64,000 bases of DNA from Candidatus Binataceae bacterium (GTDB lineage Bacteria; Desulfobacterota; Binatia; Binatales; Binataceae). Of this stretch, positions 27,370 to 37,304 are shown piece after piece. Every line of letters begins with the position of its first letter. Position 1 is the first letter of the stretch. The stretch lies in assembly GCA_963722605.1 (NCBI GenBank), contig CAVRNO010000002.1, forward strand, positions 1,760,178 to 1,824,177, in the 5' to 3' direction. The notes beneath the pieces are model-generated. The model searched no databases, was not told the DNA's origin, and worked only from the letters and a program-made list of their open reading frames with translations. Both the position numbers and the translations under genes were made by a program.

Positions 27370-28253
27370 CAGGTTTTGCTCGCCTCCCGAGGCTGCCGCA
27401 CGGGCGCCGATGCGTGGGTGGCGGCGGCTGCGGCTTTGCGTTCCCGTCCCATTCTGGCCGCGAGCATCGCGGCAACGCGGCGGCGACCCGCCCGCCGGCG
27501 CCGGACGGAAAACGCAGCGGCGTATCCGCACCATACGCGCATCCGATCCGTATTGGTGACGCCGCCGAGATCGAGATGCCCGAGCTGAACGAGATTGCGC
27601 ATCCGCGGCCGCTCGAAGCGGCTCAGAATCGTGCGGCGGGTGCGTTCATGATCGATGAAAACGAATTGCGGCGGCTCGACTCCGGTGACGAAGATGTTGA
27701 ACGGGGTCATGTCGCCGTGGATGTATCCGGCGCGATGCAATCGGGCGAGCTCGGCGCCGAGCGCGCGCAACACGGCGCGCCGGGACTCGAGCCGCGCACG
27801 CCTCAAAAAAAGCGCAAGATTAGACCCCTCGACGCGCGCGGTTACTATGATCTCGCGCCCGCCGCCGCGTTCGGCGCCGAGCAGCAGAATTTCCGGCACT
27901 CCGAAGGCATCAGCGCGCAGACTCTCCGATATTGAGGCGACGTGCGCGGCACGGCTGCGCTTGAATATCCGCCTGATTCGATTCAGGCCGCGGATCGGGT
28001 CGAGCAGCTTGAGATAGGCGTCAGGACCTCCAACATGATCGAAATGCTCGAACCATGTCTCGGCATGACGCGAGCGGCGCACCCGAATCGCCAAGGCGCC
28101 GTCGATCGCGGCGAATGCGGAATCGACCAGCGCCTGCCGGAGCCGCGGTGAAAATCGCGCGGCGGGGCCCGGAATGAACAGCGTCCATCCCGCGCGCGTC
28201 AACGGCGGTCCGTCAAAGCCCGGCATCTGCCAGGTGATCCTCTGCCAGGTCAT
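27369..28253 (-). CDS. Lipopolysaccharide kinase (Kdo/WaaP) family protein
   Basis: Contains IHGDMTPFNIFV and FIDHERTRR kinase motifs. The start is chosen at MTWQRITW, which forms an ATGA overlap with the upstream gene's stop. Confidence 0.6.
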   Translation of the reverse strand: MTWQRITWQMPGFDGPPLTRAGWTLFIPGPAARFSPRLRQALVDSAFAAIDGALAIRVRRSRHAETWFEHFDHVGGPDAYLKLLDPIRGLNRIRRIFKRSRAAHVASISESLRADAFGVPEILLLGAERGGGREIIVTARVEGSNLALFLRRARLESRRAVLRALGAELARLHRAGYIHGDMTPFNIFVTGVEPPQFVFIDHERTRRTILSRFERPRMRNLVQLGHLDLGGVTNTDRMRVWCGYAAAFSVRRRRAGRRRVAAMLAARMGRERKAAAAATHASAPVRQPREASKT

Positions 28254-29273
28254 CCGGCCGCTCCACGCATCGCGAGCGCGCTCTTCAAGCCGGCCGCGAC
28301 TTCTTCGGGGGATATTCGCCGCATGCATTCGCGCCCGACAGGGCATTGACGAAGATAGCAGGGATGACACGGGATTGCGCCGCTGATCGCGAGCTCGGCA
28401 AAACCCCACGGGGCGGAGCGCTCGGCGGCGGTAGCGCCCCACAGCGACACTACCGGGCATCCCGTCGCGGCCGCGATATGCATCGGGCCGGAGTCGGGTC
28501 CGAAGGCGACGGCGCATTGGGGAAAGATCGCGATCAGATCGCGGATCGAGGTGCGTCCGGCCAGATTGAGCGCGGGGACGCCGCCCAGGTGGCGCATGAC
28601 TTCGGCGGCGAGTTTCGTTTCACCGGGACCGCCGAGCAACACCGGAAACAGTTTCGGGCGGCCTTCGCCGGGGCTCGCCGCCATCCGGATTACCGCGGCG
28701 GTCGATTCAGGAAAGTAGATGCGGCTTGGCCACGACGAGCCAAGGATCACAGCCAGGATCGGACGCGGCGCATCGACGCAGCATCGCGCGATGCGCGAGC
28801 GCGCTCCTCGTCCGTCGCGGCGAGTCCGAATTCGATCGGCGATGGCGCGATGCCGAGCGCGTCGCCGAACGCCTGGTATTGAAGGAGCTTGAGGCGCATG
28901 TTCGGCTGCGGCGCGATCCGACGATTGGAAAAGAGATAGTTGAACTCCTTGGTGTTGGGCTGGGCGAAACCAAAACGGTCCTTGGCGCCCGAGACTCGCG
29001 AGGTGACACCGCTTTTAAGATGACGCTGAAGGTCTATCGCCAGGTCGAAACGGCCCTGGCGAATTCGACGCAGGAACGAAATGAAGGTCCACGGCGCCGG
29101 GTGCGATCGTACACGATCACCTCGTCGAGCCATCGATGGTGCTCGAGCACTCCGCTGGACTTGGGTTCGACGGCCCACGCGATGTGCGCGCCGGGCCACG
29201 CGTTGCGAATGCGCCCCAGCAAGGGCAGCGCGCGAACCACGTCGCCGATCGCGCCAAGCAGCACGATCAGCAC
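28250..29273 (-). pseudogene. GT9 heptosyltransferase-like gene split over three reading frames
   Basis: The N-terminal piece (29273-29034) carries LIVLLGAIGDVVRALPLL. The middle piece (29199-28747) carries RFDLAIDLQRHLKSG. The C-terminal piece (28750-28250) carries ILGSSWPSRIYFPE...GPDSGPMHIAAATGCPVVSLWG. The span is 1024 nt (3n+1), consistent with two 1-nt losses. Confidence 0.7.
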
Positions 29274-29295
29274 CCGGCGCGGAGGCTCGAGCTCG

Positions 29296-30510
29296 CTAGC
29301 GATCGCACTCTCCGCCGATCATGTTGATCATCCCGAAGGTCGCGATGATGTCGGGGATCATCCGGCCTATGAGCATCTTGTTGAGCGCGCCCATCCCGAG
29401 AAAGCACGGCGGCCGCACCCGCACGCGATATGGGCGTCCGCTGCCGTCGCTCACGACGTAAAAGCCCAGCTCGCCGTTGGCGGCCTCGACCGCCTGGTAA
29501 ACCTCGCCGGCGGGCACGTGGATGCCCTCCATGATCAGCTTGAAGTGGTTCATCAGGCCTTCGATCGAGTTGTACACCTTCTGCTTGTCGGGCAGCACGA
29601 CCCTGGGATCGGTGATCGTGACGGGACCTTCAGGAATCGACGCGAGCGCCTGCTCCACGATGCGCTTGGACTGGTACATCTCCTGGAAGCGGACGTTGAA
29701 GCGATCGTAATTGTCGCCGCGGTCTCCGGTCGGGATCTCGAACTCCATCCGGTCATACACCAGGTAGGGATGCGCCTTGCGAACGTCGTAAGGCACGCCG
29801 GCCGCGCGCAGCAGCGGACCGCTCAGCCCGTATGAGATCGCCTCCTGCTTCGGCATCTTCCCGATTCCCGCCATCCGGTCGATGAATACGCGGTTGCGGC
29901 TGAGCAACTGGTCGCAGTCGGCGAGAACCTGATCGAGGCGCGCGAACGAAGCTTTGATCCGATCGGCGAAATCGGCGGGCAGGTCATGGGTCACGCCGCC
30001 GACGCGGCACCATGTCACGGTGACTCGCGCGCCGGTGACAGCCTCGATCAAGTCGTAGAGAAACTCGCGCGCCTCCACCATGTACATCCCGACAGTCGAC
30101 GCGCCGACCTCGTGCGACGCCATCCCGAGGCACGTCAGGTGGTCGGCGATGCGGGAAACCTCGCTCATGATCATGCGCACGTACTTGCATCGCTCGGTCG
30201 TGTCGATGCCGAGCAGGCGCTCGACGGCGAGCGCGAAGCCGACGTTGTTGATGCAGGGCGAGGCGTAATTGAGGCGGTCGGTGTAGGGGAAGCATTGGGT
30301 CCAGGTGCCCTGCTCGCACATCTTTTCGAATCCGCGATGCAGGAATCCGACCTCGACGTCGCAATCGACGATGCGCTCGCCCTCGAGCTTCAAGTTGAAC
30401 TTGATGGTGCCGTGGGACGCGGGATGCGACGGCCCCATCTGCAGTTCCATGATCTCGTCGGAGGGGTCCGACGGTACGATTTTGTTCTTCCAGCGGGCGG
30501 GTAGTGACAT
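29296..30510 (-). CDS. nuoD: NADH-quinone oxidoreductase subunit D
   Basis: 404 aa with MELQMGPSHPASHGT...RVRPPCF...MIGGECDR, typical of NuoD/49-kDa subunits. Confidence 0.95.
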   Translation of the reverse strand: MSLPARWKNKIVPSDPSDEIMELQMGPSHPASHGTIKFNLKLEGERIVDCDVEVGFLHRGFEKMCEQGTWTQCFPYTDRLNYASPCINNVGFALAVERLLGIDTTERCKYVRMIMSEVSRIADHLTCLGMASHEVGASTVGMYMVEAREFLYDLIEAVTGARVTVTWCRVGGVTHDLPADFADRIKASFARLDQVLADCDQLLSRNRVFIDRMAGIGKMPKQEAISYGLSGPLLRAAGVPYDVRKAHPYLVYDRMEFEIPTGDRGDNYDRFNVRFQEMYQSKRIVEQALASIPEGPVTITDPRVVLPDKQKVYNSIEGLMNHFKLIMEGIHVPAGEVYQAVEAANGELGFYVVSDGSGRPYRVRVRPPCFLGMGALNKMLIGRMIPDIIATFGMINMIGGECDR

Positions 30511-30535
30511 GGCTTGTATCGCGGCGCGTGTGCCT

Positions 30536-31036
30536 TCAGCGCGAGGAGCGCCGCGGATTCACGACCGGGTCGATCTCCGGGACGATCGGTTGGCGTTTGT
30601 TGTAGTAATAATCCTTGCGCAGCGGATGACCCTCGAACGAATCGTACATCAGGATGCGGCGCAAATCGGGATGACCCTTGAAGACGATTCCGAACATGTC
30701 GAAGCATTCGCGCTCGAGCCAGTCGGCGGCGCTCCACAGGCCGACGACGCTGTGAACCCAGGGATCGGCGCCGTCCACGCCGATCTTGACCCGGATGCGA
30801 TGGGCAAGGTTGAGCGAGTTCAGTTGATAGACGACCTCGAAGCGCGGCTTGCGCTCGGGCCAATCGACCGCGGTGACGTCGGTCAGGAAATTGAAATCGA
30901 AGTCAGGCTCGTCGCGGAGCGCGCGGAAGAAATCAAGCGCGTGTTCGCGATCGATGGTGAAAGTTTCCTCGTCGCGCGCATTTTGCGCGTCGAGAATTTC
31001 CGCGCCGAAGCGCGCTCTTAGTTTTTCAGTCAGCAT
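30536..31036 (-). CDS. nuoC: NADH-quinone oxidoreductase subunit C
   Basis: 166 aa with FLTDVTAVDW...ADWLERECFDMFGIVFKGHPDLRRIL. Confidence 0.9.
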   Translation of the reverse strand: MLTEKLRARFGAEILDAQNARDEETFTIDREHALDFFRALRDEPDFDFNFLTDVTAVDWPERKPRFEVVYQLNSLNLAHRIRVKIGVDGADPWVHSVVGLWSAADWLERECFDMFGIVFKGHPDLRRILMYDSFEGHPLRKDYYYNKRQPIVPEIDPVVNPRRSSR

Positions 31037-31045
31037 CGATCTCTG

Positions 31046-31402
31046 TTAGTCCCAATCGAGCGCGCCGCGCTGCCAGGCGTAGAGCAGGCCGACGCCAAGA
31101 ATCGCGATGAAGATCAACGCCTCGACGAAGCCGAACATTCCCAGGTAGCGCAGCTCGACCGCCCACGGATAGAGAAAAATCACCTCGACGTCGAAGATCA
31201 GAAACAGGATTGCGGTCAGGTAGAAGCGCACCGAGAAGCGCCCCCACGCCGAGCCGCTCGACGGGTTGCCGCACTCGAAGGCCTCGCTCTTGACCGGGTC
31301 CCCGGCACGCTTGGGCCCAATCAGCATGTTAATGGTGCACAGCAGGCCGACGATCACGCCGGCGACGAACAGGGTCACAGCCACGGGATACCACGTTGTC
31401 AT
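31046..31402 (-). CDS. nuoA: NADH-quinone oxidoreductase subunit A
   Basis: 118 aa and three TM helices, with FECG and FLIFDVEVIFLYPWAV. Only 9 nt separate it from nuoC. Confidence 0.9.
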   Translation of the reverse strand: MTTWYPVAVTLFVAGVIVGLLCTINMLIGPKRAGDPVKSEAFECGNPSSGSAWGRFSVRFYLTAILFLIFDVEVIFLYPWAVELRYLGMFGFVEALIFIAILGVGLLYAWQRGALDWD

Positions 31403-31674
31403 GCTCGAACCGTCCGCAAGTACTTCTTATTTCGATATCAATAGCTGATGAGCGCGCCTTTTGGAACGATCGCCAGGCATTTTAATATGAAGACGGCGCG
31501 GCGGCGGCCGGTCGGATGCTTGACGGTGGTGCGGAAACCTGATTTTTTCCCTGCTCGAAAAATCCGAAACCGGGTCGCGATTATCAGCACTATTGACCCT
31601 TCCAACCCGCAGGACTAATTACACGTAATGTTAGCGATTTGTTGCGGGACTAAATTCCAAACAGCGGCAGCCGC

Positions 31675-33021
31675 TTGCCGCAAGAGGGAATCAAGATGAA
31701 TCGCACAATCGGATGGGGAGTTTGGTGCGGCGGAGTCCTGACTACTTTGATGCTTCTGGTCGGGATTACCAACGCCCCGGTATCGGCCCAGGTCAAGCCC
31801 GGAGATTTCATCACCCCGGACAACGCGTCCAAGGTCCAGGACCTGCTCCCGCCCGGCACGTACATGCGCGTGCTGCACGGCATGACGATGAAGATCGAGC
31901 CGACCGAGCGCATCGACTGGCCCCAGCCCTACACTGAGGCGACCGAAAAGTACTCGAGCCAGACCAGGCTGACCCCTGACCATCGCAGCCTGATCGGCTA
32001 CGTCGCGGGGCAGCCGTTTCCTATTATCGACGCCAACGATCCGCAGGCGGCCCAGAAGGTGATCTGGAACGAAGTCTTCCGGCCAATTTCCACGGACGAC
32101 TACGATCTGCGCTGGTTCGATTGCGACAGCGTGTACTGGGGCAAAAACAAGCCGTTTTTCGAGATCACTGACATCGAGATCGGCCACTACGCGGGCTACA
32201 ACGAAGTCGGACGGACCGAGGTCGAACCGCTGCCGATCGATCCCGACTTCAATGTAACTGGACGCTATTACGAGGCGCTGCTTTATCCGGTTCTCGCTCC
32301 GGCGCAAGGCCGCGGCAACGGGATCCTCAAGTTCCGCTACGCCGACCCGAGACACGATGACGACAGTTGGACCTGGACGCCCGGTACGCGCCGGCTGCGG
32401 CGTCTGAGCTACTCGCTGAGTGACAACCCTTCAGGCGGCGCGCAGTCTTACGATCCCAACCATTACGAGGGCTGGAGCGGCAAGCCCGAGGACTACGATT
32501 TCAAGTTCCTGGGCGAAAAGACGATGCTCGCCGCAGTCGATGTCCATCACGGTGTCGATCCGCGCTGCCCAACCGACGGCGGCGCCAGCCATTGCCCGGA
32601 TCCGTGGCAGCTCAGGCGGCTCTACATGCTTGAGGCCAAGGCACGGCCGGGACGGTACGCCAGCGCCCTTTACAGCCGCGAAATTATTTACATCGACTCG
32701 GAGGCCGACTTCCCGATGTTCGTGGACATGTATGACAACCGGGGCCAGTTGTTCTTCAACTACACCGGGTGGGTGAACTATGCCGATCGGGCGCGGCCGG
32801 ACTCGCGCATCGCGATTTACCCGTTCAAGCGCGAGTTCCAGGTCGGTTCCTCGACGGTGGACGTGCAGAGCGGGCTTTCCACCGTTTGCTACCATCCGTC
32901 GATGAACGCTCCGACAGCGGAGGGCTGGTTCATCAACATGGGCGCCGTGGATCGCGAATGGTTCACTCCCGAGGCGATGGCGCGCGCGGCGGAGGGCGGT
33001 CACGGGATAGCAGGCGACTGA
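31675..33021 (+). CDS. DUF1329 family periplasmic/outer-membrane-associated protein
   Basis: Signal peptide followed by PGDFITPDNASKVQDLLPPGTYMRVLHGMTMKIEPTERIDWPQPY...YVAGQPFPIIDANDP. I recognise this as the DUF1329 N-terminal pattern. Confidence 0.7.
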   Translation: MPQEGIKMNRTIGWGVWCGGVLTTLMLLVGITNAPVSAQVKPGDFITPDNASKVQDLLPPGTYMRVLHGMTMKIEPTERIDWPQPYTEATEKYSSQTRLTPDHRSLIGYVAGQPFPIIDANDPQAAQKVIWNEVFRPISTDDYDLRWFDCDSVYWGKNKPFFEITDIEIGHYAGYNEVGRTEVEPLPIDPDFNVTGRYYEALLYPVLAPAQGRGNGILKFRYADPRHDDDSWTWTPGTRRLRRLSYSLSDNPSGGAQSYDPNHYEGWSGKPEDYDFKFLGEKTMLAAVDVHHGVDPRCPTDGGASHCPDPWQLRRLYMLEAKARPGRYASALYSREIIYIDSEADFPMFVDMYDNRGQLFFNYTGWVNYADRARPDSRIAIYPFKREFQVGSSTVDVQSGLSTVCYHPSMNAPTAEGWFINMGAVDREWFTPEAMARAAEGGHGIAGD

Positions 33022-33064
33022 CCGCCACTCTCCCTTCGTCAGTCGTCCCCCGCACGCGATTGCT

Positions 33065-33087
33065 CCCCTTCCCTGGCAGGGAAGGGG
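33065..33087 (+). terminator. GC-rich perfect hairpin downstream of the DUF1329 gene (terminator or REP-like element)
   Basis: ccccttccctg-g-cagggaagggg has 11-bp arms and lies 44 nt after the stop. No clear T-tract follows. Confidence 0.35.
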
Positions 33088-33162
33088 ACGGGGGTTAGGT
33101 TTGCCTGCACCAATCGCTCATCGCGCTCGCGCAGCCGCAAATCCGCCGCTAAGATTCATCAC

Positions 33163-34243
33163 GTGGATCACGACGAAGAGCTGGAAAGATGGGCGGCAAA
33201 GGCGGTGGCGCGGCGATGGCCCCGCGCACGCGTCGAGAAAATCGCGGCCTTGCGCGGCGATCTCTCGACCCGCCGCTTCTGGCGCGTATCGATTTCGCAG
33301 CCAGAGGAACGCGTCGCCCCGGACGACGAAGCCGGCGCGCCGCTGAGCGCGATCCTGGTCGATCTCGGCCCCGAAGACTTCCCCGCTTACGTTCGCGCGC
33401 TCGATCTTATCCGTGGCCGCCACTACGAGCCGCCGTGGATCAACCTGCATCGCGCGCTCGAGTCGATCGGCGCTCCCGTTCCCGCGCTCTACGACGCGGC
33501 CCCCGCCCGGCGCGCGATGCTGGTGGAAGATGTCGGCGAACTATCCCTGCTCGACGCCGTCCGCCGTCCCGGCGCCGATGCCGCCGACCTGTTCCGGCTC
33601 GCCGTCTCCGAATTGATTCGCATCCACGTTGACGGTACCGGTCAAATCGATCGCCGATGCGTCGCGCGGGAGATCGCGTACACCGGCCGGCTGTTCGATT
33701 GGGAGATGAAGGAATTTCGGGAAGTCGGGCTCGCCACCGTCGCGCCGGGCGCCGGCTTGCCGCCGATCGCACCCGAACTGGCGCGGCTGGCCGCGCGGCT
33801 CGATTCGCTTCCCGCGCGTGTTCTCGCATCGCGACTACCACGGCTACAATTTGTTCATCCAGGACGGCCCGCGAATTCGAATCATAGATTTTCAGGATGC
33901 GCTGATGGCGCCCGCCGCGCAGGACCTCGCCGTGCTGCTGACGACCCGCGACACCGGCGAATTCATTACGCCGGCGATCGAGCGCCGCCTGCTCAACTTC
34001 TACTGCGCGGGAGTGGCCCGGCGCGGCGCCCCCACGACGCTAAGCCTTGAGGAATTCATGACCAGCTATCGCCTGTGCGTTTTGCAACACGCGCTCAAGA
34101 TGATCGGACGCTTCGAGATGTTCGAGCGCGGCGGCAAGCGCGGATACCGTCCCTACATTCCGCATGCGCTCGCACAGGCGCGCCGGATGCTGGCTCAGAT
34201 GCGCCCTGAGTTTCCCGAACTTTGCGCGGCGCTCGGCGCTTAG
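33163..34243 (+). pseudogene. Aminoglycoside-phosphotransferase-fold sugar kinase, AmgK-like, with one frame change
   Basis: The N-terminal part (LRGDLSTRRFWRV) is in one frame up to ...LDSLPARV. The catalytic FSHRDYHGYNLFI...IIDFQDA continues in the next frame from about 33818. The span is 3n+1. It lies adjacent to a MurU-like gene. Confidence 0.6.
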
Positions 34244-34258
34244 CAGGGCGCCTGTTCA

Positions 34259-35060
34259 ATGAAGGCACTGGTACTGGCCGCCGGGATGGGCGAGCGGCTT
34301 CGCCCGCTGACTGACACGACGCCGAAACCGATGCTCGAACTCGGCGGCCGGCCGTTGATTCATTATGCGCTCGCGATGCTGCGTCGCGGCGGCATCACCG
34401 AGGTCGCGATCAACGTCCATCATCTGGCGTCCGCGGTTCGCCAGCGGACTCGGCGACGGATCTGCCCTCGGACTGCGCATCACCTACGCGCCCGAGCCGG
34501 TTTTGCTCGGCACCGGCGGCCCGCTAAATGGCCTGCGGGAATTCCTCTGCGGCGACGACAAAAAGAAAAACGAAAATACTTTCGTAATCGCCAACAGCGA
34601 CACGATCCTCGATCTCGACCTGCGCGCGATGCTCGCGCTCCATCGCGACCGCGGCGCGCTCGCCACCATCGCGCTGTTCCACCCCGCCAATCTCGATTAC
34701 TACAGCCGTCTCGAAATCGACGCCGGCGATAGACTCCGCCGGATGCGCCTGCTCGTGCGCCACGACCCGCTTCAATACGACGATTACCCGGCCGCCCTCG
34801 ATGACGCCGTGGCCGGATCGCTCTCGCCGTTCATGTATTGCGGCGTGATCGTCGCGGATCGCGCGATATTCGACCTGATGCCTGCGGCGCCGCCCTGGAG
34901 CATGATGGCCGGCCTGTTCGCGCCGATGGTGGCAAAGGGGATGCCGGTGTTCGGCTACGTCCATCGCGGCTACTTCCGCACGATCGACGACCTCAAGAGT
35001 TACAACGCACTCAAAGCCGAGTTCGCCTCGTCACCACCCCCGGGAATTCTCATCCTCTGA
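34259..35060 (+). pseudogene. Sugar-1-phosphate nucleotidylyltransferase, MurU-like, with one frame change
   Basis: MKALVLAAGMGERLRPLTDTTPKPML...INVHHLASAVRQ is in one frame. LGDGSALGLRITYAPEPVLLGTGGPL follows in the next frame, with the shift near 34445-34449. The span is 3n+1. Confidence 0.65.
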
Positions 35061-35297
35061 CCGCGCCCGAGTTAGCGTGCCACACTCTCGCGCCGGCGAT
35101 TGTTCCTCCTTCGCGATTACCTGGGCCATCTATTTTACGGGAGAGGAAGCCGACCGACCGCCGGTCGGTAGGTGAGGGTGCCGTATATCTCGGATCTTCA
35201 GCCAACGAGATTGACCCGCCGCGCGCATCCGGGCTCTTGCATCAATTTGCGCGCGCAACGCCGCCTTCTGGCTAAACGAAACAAAGAACCTAATTTG

Positions 35298-35327
35298 GGT
35301 TTATCCCGAAATCGGTTTATGTTTCGG
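35298..35327 (+). promoter_or_regulatory. Candidate operator upstream of the controller gene
   Basis: Direct repeat GGTTTAT at 35298-35304 and 35314-35320, interleaved with the inverted repeat CCGAAA (35306-35311) / TTTCGG (35322-35327). It lies 18 nt upstream of the GTG start. No known C-box consensus was recognised. Confidence 0.2.
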
Positions 35328-35344
35328 CGTCAAATGGTGTTGCC

Positions 35345-35593
35345 GTGACGCAGTCCGTTTTCAGCGGTCGATACCGCCGCTTGCGGGAACTTCTAATCGA
35401 GGCACGCAAGAAAGCCGGCTTGACGCAGGTAGAACTCGCGCAAAAGTTGAGCAGGCCGCAATCTTTCGTTTCCAAATACGAACTCGGAGAACGGCGACTC
35501 GACGTAGTCGAGTTCCTCGAAGTGGCCAAAGCGCTCGGCGCCAAGCCGGAAAAGGTTTTGAGGCACCTCACTCTTCCTGCCGGCGAAGACTAG
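35345..35593 (+). CDS. XRE-family helix-turn-helix protein, likely R-M controller (C) protein
   Basis: 82 aa with GLTQVELAQKLSRPQSFVSKYELGERRL. Located immediately upstream of the endonuclease gene. Confidence 0.7.
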   Translation: MTQSVFSGRYRRLRELLIEARKKAGLTQVELAQKLSRPQSFVSKYELGERRLDVVEFLEVAKALGAKPEKVLRHLTLPAGED

Positions 35594-35601
35594 GCCGAAG
35601 A

Positions 35602-36216
35602 ATGAAGATCGTCAAAATCGAGACCCTGGCGAGCAGCGGGCCATTCGCCAAGTCCGAAGCATGGCAAAAGATTCGCAGCGATCTACTGGTCGGGATTAGA
35701 GCGGTTGTCTGGCCGAAGGGGACCAAGAAGTTTACGATCTATCCACAGAGCGGAAAGAAGCGTGGCGAAGGCAACGGCGTCAAGCCGATCAAAGATGGAC
35801 TGATCAAGCGCCTCACGAAAAGGGGATGGGGCAGCGAGATCACAGTCGATCTTGGGGTAACCCCGAATCCGGGAAAATTCGACGCCGTCCTCAAGAGTAC
35901 GGAACATAAGCCGGTTGTGCTGGAATGGGAGACTGGAAATATCTCTTCAAGCCATCGGGCATTGAACAAGATGGCCCTTGGCTTGTGCACTGGCAAGCTG
36001 GCTGCTGGAATTTTGGTTGTTCCCTCACGAAAGCTCTATGTATATTTGACTGATCGGATTGGAAACTTCGAGGAACTGGCTCCCTACCTGAACTTGTGGA
36101 GATCGGTTCCGTATCCGGACGGCGCGGTATTGGAGATCGTTGTCATCGAACAGGATGCGGAAAGCCTCAAGGTGCCCCGAATTCCAAAGGGAACGGACGG
36201 AAGATCGGCTCTCTAG
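35602..36216 (+). CDS. Type II restriction endonuclease, BamHI-like family
   Basis: Blocks match BamHI as I remember it: PGKFDAV (BamHI GGPIDVY), VLEWETGNISSSHRALNKMALGL (BamHI MEFETGNISSAHRSMNKLLLGL), LYVYLTDRIGNFEELAPYL (BamHI LAYYLTDRVTNFEELEPYF) and VPRIPKGTDG (BamHI VPLIPKGSDG). The D...ExE catalytic pattern is retained. Confidence 0.75.
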   Translation: MKIVKIETLASSGPFAKSEAWQKIRSDLLVGIRAVVWPKGTKKFTIYPQSGKKRGEGNGVKPIKDGLIKRLTKRGWGSEITVDLGVTPNPGKFDAVLKSTEHKPVVLEWETGNISSSHRALNKMALGLCTGKLAAGILVVPSRKLYVYLTDRIGNFEELAPYLNLWRSVPYPDGAVLEIVVIEQDAESLKVPRIPKGTDGRSAL

Positions 36217-36219
36217 GTA

Positions 36220-37134
36220 TTGCGCAATATCCCAATATCGGATATTTCATGCATTATGAAGCAGACCCCATTCAAGTGGAAAGAGGAAGTGTTTCAAGCG
36301 GAGGGGTTCTTCAGCAAGGGCAGCCTTCCCATTGTCCCTGTCTTTAGCACCAACCTTGGTACGCTCTTCTCGGCTGACTGCATGACCCTTTTGCCGGAGA
36401 TGGCCAGCGAATCAATCGACACAGTGTTTGCCGATCCGCCTTTCAATCTAGGCAAGAAATATGGCCACAGCACCGACGATCTAAAGCCCGACGCCGAATA
36501 TCTTGACTGGTCGCGGAAGTGGATCTCTGAATGCGTTCGCATTCTAAAGCCCGGAGGTGCTTTCTTCCTCTACAACCTGCCAAAATGGAACGTAATCTTC
36601 GGGGCATACCTAATGGAACTAGGTATGCATTTCAAACACTGGATCGCCGTCGAAATTAGCAGTTCATATCCCATTTCGGGAAGGTTACACCCGAGTCATT
36701 ATGGTCTCCTGTACTGTACTAAGGGCAAAGCGAAGACGTTTCGGCGGATACGCATTCCAATTCAAACGTGTCGCCACTGCGGAGGCGAAGTCAAAGACTA
36801 CGGCGGACACAGGCATGCGATGAATCCCCGCGGCGTGAACTTGAAGGACGTCTGGACTGACATCCCCCCTGTCAGGCATTGGAAGTTCAAGTCCAAGGAC
36901 CGCCGTGCCAACGCTCTGTCGTCCAAAATTCTTGACAGGATAGTTGAAATCAGTACCCACCCAGGTGAGGTCGTGTTTGATCCATTCGGCGGAAGCGGAA
37001 CAACTTATGCGGTTTGCGAAGCGAAGCAGCGGCATTGGATTGGCATTGAGATAGACTACGCGCGGGAGATTGCTGAGAGATTGGAGTCCGGCCAGGTTCA
37101 CCCTCACAAGAATGATGACTACGTCGAGGACTAA
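36220..37134 (+). CDS. Beta-class N4-cytosine/N6-adenine DNA methyltransferase
   Basis: Motif IV FADPPFNLGKKY precedes motif I VFDPFGGSGTT. A CRHCGG Cys pair lies between them. The TTG at 36220 and the ATG at 36256 are both possible starts. Confidence 0.85.
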   Translation: MRNIPISDISCIMKQTPFKWKEEVFQAEGFFSKGSLPIVPVFSTNLGTLFSADCMTLLPEMASESIDTVFADPPFNLGKKYGHSTDDLKPDAEYLDWSRKWISECVRILKPGGAFFLYNLPKWNVIFGAYLMELGMHFKHWIAVEISSSYPISGRLHPSHYGLLYCTKGKAKTFRRIRIPIQTCRHCGGEVKDYGGHRHAMNPRGVNLKDVWTDIPPVRHWKFKSKDRRANALSSKILDRIVEISTHPGEVVFDPFGGSGTTYAVCEAKQRHWIGIEIDYAREIAERLESGQVHPHKNDDYVED

Positions 37135-37304
37135 TACTACCGGGCGAGGTAAATCCCCCATTACCGTTCTAATCTAACAGGGCGATGCCCACATCCCGCG
37201 GCGGTGGGGATTCTCTTCCACGCGGGAAGCCCGAAACCCGCGTGAGGTTTCGGGAAATTCCGGTGCGCCCCCCCTGCCCCCGTCTGGAGCAGCACCTTCG
37301 CACG

